Shown piece by piece: positions 11,030 to 20,236 of a stretch of DNA of 64,000 nucleotides. The translations under genes were made by a program, and so were the position numbers. The DNA is from an uncultured Rhodopirellula sp. (GTDB lineage Bacteria > Planctomycetota > Planctomycetia > Pirellulales > Pirellulaceae), in the NCBI GenBank assembly GCA_964007735.1, contig CAXGAI010000006.1, positions 62,001 through 126,000 on the forward strand, given 5' to 3'. The notes under the pieces are model-generated. The model did no database searches. It was not told where the DNA came from and was given only the letters and a program-made list of their open reading frames with translations. Position 1 is the first letter of the stretch; each line of letters opens with the position of its first letter.

Positions 11030-12535
11030 ATGCTGCAGCAAAACCTCATCCTCAACGTACAAAAGCTCACCAAACGCTTTCCAGGCGTGGTGGCGTTGAA
11101 CAACGTACAATTGCAATTGCATGAAGGTGAGTTTCTATCCCTGATTGGAGAGAATGGTGCTGGCAAAAGTACTTTGATGAAAATTCTTGCCGGGGTACAA
11201 CTTCAAGACGAAGGTACGATAGAAGTCTTTGGTAAAACAGTCCGTATGGACAGCGTGAAAACAGCTCAGCATCACGGAATCGCGTTGATCCACCAGGAGC
11301 TCAATCTAAGTGAGAATCTTAGCATCGCCGCGAATATCTTTCTGGGGCGTGAACCGGCCAAAGCCGGCTTTATCGATAAAGCGACGATTCGTTGTGAAGC
11401 TCAGCGTTTCCTTGACATGGTGGGCTTAAAAATCAATCCCGAGACTTTGGCGGGAAGCCTATCAATCGGCCAACAGCAACTTGTGGAAATCGCCAAAGCA
11501 CTTAGCATCGATGCCCGCATCCTCATCATGGACGAACCTACATCAAGCCTGAGCGCCGGTGAATCTGAGCGACTTTTTGAAGTTATCGCCGAGCTACGTG
11601 AACGGGGCGTCAGTATTATCTACATTTCTCACCGATTAGGGGAAGTGAAAATGCTTTCCGATCGTGTGACCGTCTTCCGCGATGGAGAATATGCAGGTGA
11701 CCTGTGCGGAGATGAAATTACGCATGATGCCATGGTCAAGCAGATGGTCGGGCGTGATATTTCACAATACTATTCGCACAAACCAAATCCGATCGGCGAT
11801 GTCATTCTTGAAGTCTCCAATCTGAGAACTCAGGCGAACCCGGAACACGAATTGTCTTTTAAGGTTCATGAAGGTGAGATTGTTGGTATTTCCGGACTCG
11901 TAGGAGCAGGTCGCACTGAATTATTAGATGCCTTGTTTGGAGTGGTTCCTGCAGTCTCCGGAACGATTGCCGTTTCCGGTCAGAAAGTCGAGCTCCATTC
12001 TCCTAGTGATGCGATAGCTCTTGGGTTAGCACTGGTTCCGGAAGACCGTAAGGGTCAGGGACTGGTACTTCAAATGAGTGTAAAAGAAAACACAAGCATG
12101 GCTTCTTTAAAAGCTCATGCCGTTAACGGCATTTTTAGAAATGGCGAACGAGAAGAACAGGACACCGACGAAATGATTGCAAGGCTGAGTACTAAAACTC
12201 CAAATGCCGATCAAACCGCCGGATTTCTTTCCGGAGGAAACCAGCAAAAGGTCGTCCTTGGGAAATGGCTTGCCACTGAACCCTCACTATTACTTATGGA
12301 CGAACCAACCCGTGGCATTGATATCGGTGCTAAACAGGAAATTTATCAATTGATGGAAGAGCTTGCCTCACAGGGCATGGCGGTCTTGTTTGTTTCTAGT
12401 GAGCTGGAAGAAATCATTGGTATGTCAGATCGTACAATCGTAATGCACGAAGGTAAAATAACTGGTGAATTACCTCGGGAAGATTTGGCCGAAGAGTCGA
12501 TCATGCATCTGGCCACTGGCGGTGTTCAACACTAA
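11030..12535 (+). CDS. Sugar ABC transporter ATP-binding protein (RbsA/MglA family)
   Basis: GENGAGKSTL, IHQEL, MDEPTSSL, GLVGAGRTEL, PEDRK, LSGGNQQKV, DEPTRGID. Confidence 0.95.
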   Translation: MLQQNLILNVQKLTKRFPGVVALNNVQLQLHEGEFLSLIGENGAGKSTLMKILAGVQLQDEGTIEVFGKTVRMDSVKTAQHHGIALIHQELNLSENLSIAANIFLGREPAKAGFIDKATIRCEAQRFLDMVGLKINPETLAGSLSIGQQQLVEIAKALSIDARILIMDEPTSSLSAGESERLFEVIAELRERGVSIIYISHRLGEVKMLSDRVTVFRDGEYAGDLCGDEITHDAMVKQMVGRDISQYYSHKPNPIGDVILEVSNLRTQANPEHELSFKVHEGEIVGISGLVGAGRTELLDALFGVVPAVSGTIAVSGQKVELHSPSDAIALGLALVPEDRKGQGLVLQMSVKENTSMASLKAHAVNGIFRNGEREEQDTDEMIARLSTKTPNADQTAGFLSGGNQQKVVLGKWLATEPSLLLMDEPTRGIDIGAKQEIYQLMEELASQGMAVLFVSSELEEIIGMSDRTIVMHEGKITGELPREDLAEESIMHLATGGVQH

Positions 12536-12581
12536 ATTCACTGTACATTTATAAACCCTCTAATCAAAAAGGTGTCATCGA

Positions 12582-14222
12582 ATGAATAAGATCATGGGAA
12601 TTCTGATGCTACTGGTATTTGCCTGTATCGCTACGAATATCCTTAGTGGTGGCAGTTTTGTAATTCCATTTAACCTGCAAAACCTGATGGTACGGACATC
12701 TCTGTTTGGAATCATCGGTATTGGGGTGGCCTTTGTCATCATCACGGGAGGGATCGACCTGTCAATCGGATCTATGATCGGTCTGATTGGCTGCCTGATG
12801 ACGATTACCCTCATTGATCACGAACTAGGGATTATCCCAACATTGCTCATCGTTTTGGGGGTCTCTATTCTGCTCGGATTCGTTCACGGATTATTGATCA
12901 CGAAGGCTCACTTACAACCGTTTGTAGTAACGCTATGCGGTTTGCTGATTTATCGCGGTGTGGCTCGCTGGATCACGGGTGACTCGACCGGTGGATTTGG
13001 TAAAGAATACAACGACTCTCTTCGTTTGCTAGCAACAGGCAAGCCGTTCTCGACAGCCGCAGTACTCATTGTTTTAGGTATCGCAGTTACCCTGTTTTGC
13101 ATGTACAAGATCGTACAGATGCAAAAGAGAGCAGAAGGAAAGCCGCTGAACTGGATAATCGGGATTGTGATTAGCATTTGCATCGCTCTCAGTGGCGCCA
13201 GCCGATTCACGAACGTCCCGGCAGAACAGGTTCTGCAACTGAGTCGTGGGACATCCGTAAGCATTATGAACAAACGCGATGACAAAAAACTCGACATCTC
13301 GAAATTTGATGCCGACGAACCTGGCAGACGGCCCAGCCAGTTCATGCCCGAAATCCTGCTGAACTACGTTGGTTATCTGGCAATCCCATTGGGCGTGAGT
13401 CTGGCATTTATTTTTCTAAAGAAAGATACAAATGCGGCTTTACTCTCACTTGGCTTACTAATTTCGGGTGCCGCATTAACCCTGTGGGCTTCCAGCTATG
13501 TCGGTAGCTTGTTTGAAGAAGGAAAAGATATAGGGCTACTGGCCATTACAGAAGTCATTATTACGCTGGGGATCTTTATTGCCGGTGTGGACCGATTTCT
13601 CAAAGGCGTCTATCGCTCCTTACCTGAGTATCGAGGTCTTTTGTCGATTACTTGTATTCTGAGCCTATGCTGGTTGGTAAGCCAAACTCCGATTTGCCGA
13701 ACACTGGTTCCAGCACCGATGGTATTCTTAGCCGCTATTTCTACAGCAGCAGCAATTTTCCTCAACAAGACTATTTATGGGCGATACTTACTGGCTTTGG
13801 GAAACAATGAATCAGCGGCCCGTCTCAGTGGCATTAATACCGACAGAATGATCATACTGGCTTATGTTATCTGTGCATTTTGTACTGCCATTGGTGGCAT
13901 TCTGTTTGCCTTAGATGGCAACTCTATCCAGCCAGCTAACCACGGCAACTTTTATGAACTCTATGCGATTGCTGCCGCTGTTCTTGGAGGTTGCAGCCTG
14001 CGTGGTGGCGAAGGTAGTATCGCCGGAGTTGTGATTGGTGCTGCTGTAATGCGAGTTCTATACAATTCGATCACATTACTCAAAATTCCAACATCGCTGG
14101 AATTCGCCATCATCGGCGTTGTCATCATGATTGGTGTTCTGGCCGACGAATTCGTTAAGAAACTAAATCACGCAAAACGACAACAGGAAGAAGTCGAACG
14201 AGCCAACCTTGTTGACCAATAG
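12582..14222 (+). CDS. Sugar ABC transporter permease (RbsC family) with a large internal insertion
   Basis: GGIDLSIG, PFVVTL, GRYLLALGNNESAARLSGIN, YELYAIAAAVLGGCSLRGGEG; 546 aa. Confidence 0.9.
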   Translation: MNKIMGILMLLVFACIATNILSGGSFVIPFNLQNLMVRTSLFGIIGIGVAFVIITGGIDLSIGSMIGLIGCLMTITLIDHELGIIPTLLIVLGVSILLGFVHGLLITKAHLQPFVVTLCGLLIYRGVARWITGDSTGGFGKEYNDSLRLLATGKPFSTAAVLIVLGIAVTLFCMYKIVQMQKRAEGKPLNWIIGIVISICIALSGASRFTNVPAEQVLQLSRGTSVSIMNKRDDKKLDISKFDADEPGRRPSQFMPEILLNYVGYLAIPLGVSLAFIFLKKDTNAALLSLGLLISGAALTLWASSYVGSLFEEGKDIGLLAITEVIITLGIFIAGVDRFLKGVYRSLPEYRGLLSITCILSLCWLVSQTPICRTLVPAPMVFLAAISTAAAIFLNKTIYGRYLLALGNNESAARLSGINTDRMIILAYVICAFCTAIGGILFALDGNSIQPANHGNFYELYAIAAAVLGGCSLRGGEGSIAGVVIGAAVMRVLYNSITLLKIPTSLEFAIIGVVIMIGVLADEFVKKLNHAKRQQEEVERANLVDQ

Positions 14223-14319
14223 CATTCTGACTAGAATGGAAGATCGATGCAGCGGGAACGTATGCCGGCTGCAAATAGTAGTCTTCGTACGACCTCTTTA
14301 CTATTTAGGAAATTTAATC

Positions 14320-14502
14320 ATGAAAAAAGCATTCCTTATGATGCTATTCGTATTCAGCGTAGTAATCGCTGGATGTGGCGAACAAAAAGCTGAAGTACCT
14401 GCCGATCCCAACGCAGATAACATTACCAATGAAATGGAAGAGTCAACAGAAACACCTGAAGATCCAGGTGAAGGCGAAGGCGAAAACTCATCTGACGGTT
14501 AA
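14320..14502 (+). CDS. Small acidic lipoprotein (60 aa)
   Basis: AGGA then ATG at 14320; MKKAFLMMLFVFSVVIAGC lipobox, then an E/D/P-rich tail; terminator follows. Confidence 0.7.
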   Translation: MKKAFLMMLFVFSVVIAGCGEQKAEVPADPNADNITNEMEESTETPEDPGEGEGENSSDG

Positions 14503-14535
14503 TTACCATTTCATTTGAGCACGCTATAAATCATT

Positions 14536-14571
14536 AAAAGGCGTGAGTAGTTTTACTACTCACGCCTTTTT
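14536..14571. terminator. Bidirectional rho-independent terminator
   Basis: AAAAGGCGTGAGTAGT-TTT-ACTACTCACGCCTTTTT between convergent genes. Confidence 0.85.
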
Positions 14572-14614
14572 CATGCTCTGAGCCATCGAAAGCAGATCGT
14601 ACCGCTGGCTCTAT

Positions 14615-15979
14615 CTAGCAATAATCAAATGGCGATTTATGTTTGTAAGCACAATAAATCAGATCCATCGGATGCATCACACGTACGCTTTGATCCTGCA
14701 CCCGACGTTCGCGATCAATCTGCATTAAACAGCCGGAATTGGCAGTGAGTACAATACTAGCACCTGTCTCTCTAATATTTCCTAACTTTCGGTTGCTCAA
14801 CTGATCCGCCATTTCGGTTTCCGTCAGGTTGTAAGTTCCCGCAGCACCACAACACATATCACTTTCAGGAAGGTCAACCAATTCAACTCCAGGTATCTGA
14901 CCAATGATATTCCGTGGTTGCTCTCGTACTTTCTGAGCATGAGCTAAATGACAAGCATCATGATAGGTCACTTTGACATCGAGCGGAGCTTTCGGTGGAA
15001 TAAATCCCAACTCGTCAAGAAACTCATGAACATCCTTCACTTTGGATGCAAATCCACTGCGAGCTTCGGCTGTTTCCTCATCGTTCCATAGATGGGCATA
15101 GTCTTTCAGCATGGAACCGCACCCGGCAACATTAATAATGATGGCGTCAATATCATCCCGATCAAATGCTTTGAGATTATTAGCAGCCATCTCGACAGCA
15201 GGCTCTTCACTACCGGTGTGATAATGAATCGCTCCACAACACCCCTGAGTTTGGGGAATAATCACATCGCATCCATTTTGTTGAAGCACATGGGCGGTCG
15301 CATAGTTGGTTTGGGCAAAGACTTCACTCTGCACACAACCTGTGAACAAAGCAACACGAGCGCGTCGTTTTCCAATCGCTGGCATGACGTGTTCCAATTT
15401 TCCGTCAGCACGACGAAGCTTGGGAAGTAATGTAGCCATTCGACCTAATCTGGGTGGTAGAAGTCTCCATAGTCCGGTAGCCAATATAAACGAATCAAGT
15501 TTTAACGTTTGGGCGAGTCGCGCAAAGCTCAACGCCTTTCGCAATCGCTTAGGATATGGGAAGAGGCCGAAGAGAATATACTTATGAAACCAATCGTTCG
15601 TCTTTGTCTTACTATCAACTTCCTTTTCCATTTCCAATCGGAAAGGTTCAATCAGACGACCATACTGAACTCCGGAAGGGCACGCCGTTTCACAACTACG
15701 ACAATCAAGACATAACTCCAGATGCCTTCTTACGTTTTTATTGAGATCCACACGTCCATCGGTCACGGCTCGCATGAGGTAAATACGTCCTCGCGGAGAA
15801 TCATTTTCATTTCCCGTCATGACATAAGTAGGGCATGCCTGAGTACACAAGCCGCAATGAACACAATCCAGGAAATATTCGTAGTCAATCTTCTCACCCG
15901 GATTAAACGATGTCACAGGCAACGGATTCTCGCCTGCCACAGAAACGGCAGGTTCCGGTAGTATGGATGGTTCACTCAT
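14615..15979 (-). CDS. glcF: Glycolate oxidase-type Fe-S subunit
   Basis: CVHCGLCTQACP, SPRGRI, CLDCRSCETACPSGV, two CCG domains (GCCGA, YHDACHL, CCGAAGTYN). Confidence 0.88.
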   Translation of the reverse strand: MSEPSILPEPAVSVAGENPLPVTSFNPGEKIDYEYFLDCVHCGLCTQACPTYVMTGNENDSPRGRIYLMRAVTDGRVDLNKNVRRHLELCLDCRSCETACPSGVQYGRLIEPFRLEMEKEVDSKTKTNDWFHKYILFGLFPYPKRLRKALSFARLAQTLKLDSFILATGLWRLLPPRLGRMATLLPKLRRADGKLEHVMPAIGKRRARVALFTGCVQSEVFAQTNYATAHVLQQNGCDVIIPQTQGCCGAIHYHTGSEEPAVEMAANNLKAFDRDDIDAIIINVAGCGSMLKDYAHLWNDEETAEARSGFASKVKDVHEFLDELGFIPPKAPLDVKVTYHDACHLAHAQKVREQPRNIIGQIPGVELVDLPESDMCCGAAGTYNLTETEMADQLSNRKLGNIRETGASIVLTANSGCLMQIDRERRVQDQSVRVMHPMDLIYCAYKHKSPFDYC

Positions 15980-17208
15980 TGATATACAAACCTGCCGGGA
16001 TTTAGAATTCCTCGAGGGTCAAATTGCTCCTTAATACGATTATGCAGCCATTCCGGAGCTGCTAAATGGCCCCACATGGTACCTATCGTCAAATTTTCCG
16101 GGTTCGAACAGCGCAATGTTTCAACGTGACCATGATAAGTCGTCGCCAGTGGCCCAAGTTCAGTAATAACAACGCCTGAAATACCTCCGTCAGGTATCTC
16201 GTTAAACCCAACGGTAACGACGCCATTACCCGCGTCCGACTGAATCGTACAACTAGGATCCAACGTTCGACACGTTTCAATAACAGGAACTGCGCCACTG
16301 GAGACCGTCTTCACCTGTATGGTCAGTTCACGTTCTTCAGCAGGAAATTCCTGAATCTGTTGCCATAAATTGAAATGCGTCTCACTGGACAGAACGGAGG
16401 CACCCGGAGCACCCTGATTCTTCAGGTCATCAATCAATCGACGCTGTCCCCAAGCTGTTTCTACAGCCGTACCGCTCAATTGAACAACAAGGGTCAGCTG
16501 ATCTTTAGAATTGCCTGTCAGTTCACTCCATGAATCGCCATAGAGCAGTTCAATGGCTGAAGGGACCGTGGGCGATTCCATCAACATGGCAACGCACGCC
16601 TCGGCTACATCCGGGTCCCCGACACCCACAACAATTGTCACCGACTCTTCGGGCAATGGTTTGAGCTTCACCGTAGCCTGAGTAATGATCCCGAGTGTTC
16701 CTACAGAACCTGTCAACAGTTTACAGAAGTCGTAGCCTGCAACGTTTTTAACAACTCGACCACCACCATGAAACACCTGACCTTTACCATTCACCGCTTC
16801 AATACCGATCACATAGTCTCGCACAGTACCAAAACCAAAACGTCGAGCTCCATTCGTATTGGTAGAAATGACGCCGCCCAGTGTTGCATGCATTTGCTGA
16901 GGTACGTCAAGTGGCAGCATCAGTCCTTCGTTAGCCAATGCTTCATTCAAAGTTTGCATCGTTATGCCAGCTTCCACGGTGATTGTTAAATCTTTCACCG
17001 GGAAGTCAATGATTTTGTCCAATTTAGCGGTGGACATTCCCCAGCCATCACGCTTCGCCGCCAAGCCATAGTGAATTGCAGTTTGACCTCCGAGCGGATA
17101 AACCGCCGCCGTTTGAGCATGTGCCTGTTGCAGCAACACAGCCAATTCAGCAACCGTTGTTGGCTCCATTGTTTGAGTAATCGGTAATTGATAAGTTGAA
17201 TCTGGCAC
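15976..17208 (-). CDS. glcE: Glycolate oxidase-type FAD-binding subunit
   Basis: DLTITVEAG, ATLGG, GGRVVKNVAGYD, GSVGTLG, FDPRGILNPG; 4-bp overlap with glcF. Confidence 0.85.
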   Translation of the reverse strand: MPDSTYQLPITQTMEPTTVAELAVLLQQAHAQTAAVYPLGGQTAIHYGLAAKRDGWGMSTAKLDKIIDFPVKDLTITVEAGITMQTLNEALANEGLMLPLDVPQQMHATLGGVISTNTNGARRFGFGTVRDYVIGIEAVNGKGQVFHGGGRVVKNVAGYDFCKLLTGSVGTLGIITQATVKLKPLPEESVTIVVGVGDPDVAEACVAMLMESPTVPSAIELLYGDSWSELTGNSKDQLTLVVQLSGTAVETAWGQRRLIDDLKNQGAPGASVLSSETHFNLWQQIQEFPAEERELTIQVKTVSSGAVPVIETCRTLDPSCTIQSDAGNGVVTVGFNEIPDGGISGVVITELGPLATTYHGHVETLRCSNPENLTIGTMWGHLAAPEWLHNRIKEQFDPRGILNPGRFVYQ

Positions 17209-17252
17209 TTGGATTTATTCCTGTTTCAGGGTTCGCAGCCGGTGCTGCTGCT

Positions 17253-18710
17253 CTACATCGCTACCATCCTGCTGGGAGCTTTGCGTTCCATTCCACAGGC
17301 TCCGGCTGTAGGCAGCATTTTATCCGGGCTAAGTCGATTGTTCGGGTTAAATGCCTTTCGCAATGCGGCCATCACGTCCAGATCGTCTTCCGAGAACATT
17401 TGTTTCATAAACTTTACCTTCTCGACCCCGATACCGTGTTCACCTGTCACACTTCCACCAGCATCTAAACAGGCCTGTAGAATCTCACCACCCGCCTGCA
17501 ACACTCTTTGTGTTTGAGATGGATCACGTTCATCGAACAACATGACGGGATGAATATTACCATCACCCGCATGGAAGACATTCACAATTCGAATGTCGTA
17601 CTTCTTGCCGATCTCCATGATGGTTTTATACATCTGAGGAATTTGAGTCCGCGGAACAACCCCATCCTGTGTTACTAAACTAGAAGCCAGACGCCCAATC
17701 GCTCCAAAGGCCTGCTTTCGGGCCTTCCATAATTGTTGACGATGCTTCTCGTTCTCTGCTTGCCTTACTTCGCGAGCACCTACGCTGTTACAAATCTCAA
17801 TAATCTGATCTCGCTGGGTATCCAGCCCAGCTTCAATACCGTCGACTTCGATAATTAAAATAGCTTCCGCATCCAGTGGAAAGCCAAACTGAAAGGCTTC
17901 TTCCAGTGCCACCATAATATCGTGGTCTACCATCTCAAGTGCTGCTGGAATAATTCCGGCCCCAATAATGGCACTGATTGCGTTCGTGGCATCATCAACG
18001 CTATCAAAAACCCCCAGCATCGTGCGAACACCTTCAGGATTTCGTGTCAAACGCACCCAGACACGAGTTACGACAGCCAATGTCCCTTCACTGCCAACCA
18101 TCACTCCGGCTAAATCAAGTCCGGCAGGATCTGCATTTGGGCCTCCCAAACGAAAGACCTCACCGTCGGAGCTAACAGCCTCCACTCCGAGTACATGGTT
18201 GACGGTCACACCATACTTCAAAGTATGCGGACCACCTGAATTAGTCGCAACATTCCCACCAATCGTGCAAGCACCCTGACTGGAAGGATCCGGAGCGTAA
18301 TGATACCCCGTACCGGCCAAAGCCTGAGTGAGTCGAATATTAACCACCCCTGGCTGAACAATCGCATAACGATCACGAAGGTTAATTTCTTCAATCTCTT
18401 TCATACGCGTTAAGACAAGCATCACTCCACCACCAACCGGCAGGGTGCCGCCGGCAAGACTGGTACCCGCTCCACGTGGTAGAAAGGGGATCTCATAGCG
18501 ATTACAGGCTTTTATGACCGTAGCAATCTGCTCTGTGGTTGTTGGGAATACGACTACATCCGGGCAGCTCTTTTCAATCGTAAAACCATCACATTCAAAA
18601 ACCATCCGGTCCGAGTGTGCCGTCAGCACACCATCGCTACCAATAATTTTCTGAAGTTCATGAATCAAAGCAATGGGAATACTAGTATCCAGATCGACTG
18701 GACTTTCCAT
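17253..18710 (-). CDS. glcD: Glycolate oxidase-type FAD-linked subunit
   Basis: PRGAGTSLAGG, YAPDPSSQ.ACTIGGNVATNSGG, KYGVT, GSEGTL, FHAGDGNIHP, GEHGIG. Start chosen at the ATG after AAAGGAG. Confidence 0.9.
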   Translation of the reverse strand: MESPVDLDTSIPIALIHELQKIIGSDGVLTAHSDRMVFECDGFTIEKSCPDVVVFPTTTEQIATVIKACNRYEIPFLPRGAGTSLAGGTLPVGGGVMLVLTRMKEIEEINLRDRYAIVQPGVVNIRLTQALAGTGYHYAPDPSSQGACTIGGNVATNSGGPHTLKYGVTVNHVLGVEAVSSDGEVFRLGGPNADPAGLDLAGVMVGSEGTLAVVTRVWVRLTRNPEGVRTMLGVFDSVDDATNAISAIIGAGIIPAALEMVDHDIMVALEEAFQFGFPLDAEAILIIEVDGIEAGLDTQRDQIIEICNSVGAREVRQAENEKHRQQLWKARKQAFGAIGRLASSLVTQDGVVPRTQIPQMYKTIMEIGKKYDIRIVNVFHAGDGNIHPVMLFDERDPSQTQRVLQAGGEILQACLDAGGSVTGEHGIGVEKVKFMKQMFSEDDLDVMAALRKAFNPNNRLSPDKMLPTAGACGMERKAPSRMVAM

Positions 18711-18865
18711 TAAATTCTCTCCTTTTTGGTTCATCATCAGTGACACAATCCCATTATAGCAATCAAATGGAACTCATCTGCTACCGCCAACTTGAAATCT
18801 TTGGATTCCCAACTCTAATTCTTTGAACTGTAACCCAGCCCTAAAGCGATAACTTATAGAACCGT

Positions 18866-20083
18866 TTAAGATTCAACCTGTTTGGAAAGATGTTCGACAA
18901 TCGTCTTACCTATTTTCAAAGAGCTTGTGGCCGCAGGACTGGGCGCATTACAAACATTGATGATTCGCGGGGAAGACAGAATAATGAAGTCATCGATCAA
19001 TTCCCCATCAGTTCCCAGCAATTGCGCCCTTACGCCGGCACGACCTCGAATAAGATCATCTTCTGTCACCATCGGAACAAGCCGCTGCAGAGCCTTAACA
19101 AATGCCTTCTTGCTAAAGGAACGCCACATTTCCCCCATGCCCATCTTCCAGTGTTTAGCGGCCATCCGACGGAAGCCTTTGTAAGACAACGCTTCGGCCA
19201 AATCTCGAAGGTTAACATCTCGTTTTCGGTATCCTTCACGCGCAAATGCCAGCACGGCATTCGGCCCACATTCCATACGACCGTCAATCATACGCGTAAA
19301 ATGAACTCCCAAAAATGGGAACTGGGGATCCGGAACCGGGTAAATCAGATTGTTGCACAAATGATATGACTCCGGCTTTAAATCATAGTATTCGCCTCGA
19401 AACGGAACGACTTTCGATTCGGGACGTTCACCAGTTTTCTTTGCCACCCGATCGCAGAACAGTCCTGTACAGTTAATCATGTATTCACCGTGGAAATCAC
19501 CTGCGGATGTTTCCACAACTACTTCGCCATTTGTCTTTTGAACACCTCGGACGAAAGCATCATTGACGACCTGACCACCATGATCTTCAAGTTTCTGAGC
19601 TAAGCGAATAGCAACATCACGGTACCCCACAATTCCAGCATCCGGCACCCAAATCGCTTTGATACCTGCCGTGTGCGGTTCTATTTCACACAATCGCTCG
19701 CGTTCGATAACCTCACAACGTACACCATTCTTTTGGCCACGCTGATAGATATCCATCAGCCGTTCAACTTCCGAATCATCGACAGCCACAATAACTTTGC
19801 CACAAATATCATAGGGAATCCCTTCTTCCTTACAAAACTCTTCCATCATCGTGCGACCTTCGCGACAATTCAAAGCTTTTAAGGATCCCGGTTTATAGTA
19901 GATACCCGAATGGATGACACCTGAATTACTACCTGTCTGATGTACCCCAACCGAAGATTCCTTTTCAATCACTGTAACTTTCATGTGGGGATATTTATTC
20001 GTAATTTGATAAGCCGTGGCTAATCCTACAATCCCACCACCAGCAATCACTACATCACTCTTACCACTCATAAGCCCAGACAA
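18866..20083 (-). CDS. lhgO: L-2-hydroxyglutarate oxidase
   Basis: GGGIVGLATA, HQTGSNSGVIHSGIYYKPGSLKA, PFRGEY, IYPVPDPQFPFLGVHFTR, GPNAV, AGVRAQ, NAPSPAATSSL. Confidence 0.9.
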   Translation of the reverse strand: MSGLMSGKSDVVIAGGGIVGLATAYQITNKYPHMKVTVIEKESSVGVHQTGSNSGVIHSGIYYKPGSLKALNCREGRTMMEEFCKEEGIPYDICGKVIVAVDDSEVERLMDIYQRGQKNGVRCEVIERERLCEIEPHTAGIKAIWVPDAGIVGYRDVAIRLAQKLEDHGGQVVNDAFVRGVQKTNGEVVVETSAGDFHGEYMINCTGLFCDRVAKKTGERPESKVVPFRGEYYDLKPESYHLCNNLIYPVPDPQFPFLGVHFTRMIDGRMECGPNAVLAFAREGYRKRDVNLRDLAEALSYKGFRRMAAKHWKMGMGEMWRSFSKKAFVKALQRLVPMVTEDDLIRGRAGVRAQLLGTDGELIDDFIILSSPRIINVCNAPSPAATSSLKIGKTIVEHLSKQVES

Positions 20084-20236
20084 CCACTTCCTCTTTATTA
20101 CCTGCGAAAAGTTGAATATTGTTCCGCAACAGGCGTTTATCTATAATTTTGCAATGGTGCAACAATCCTATTGTACTATCTCATGTCGACACGAATTGGC
20201 ATGTCCTATTACCCACCATCAAAAGGTTTTGCTCTT

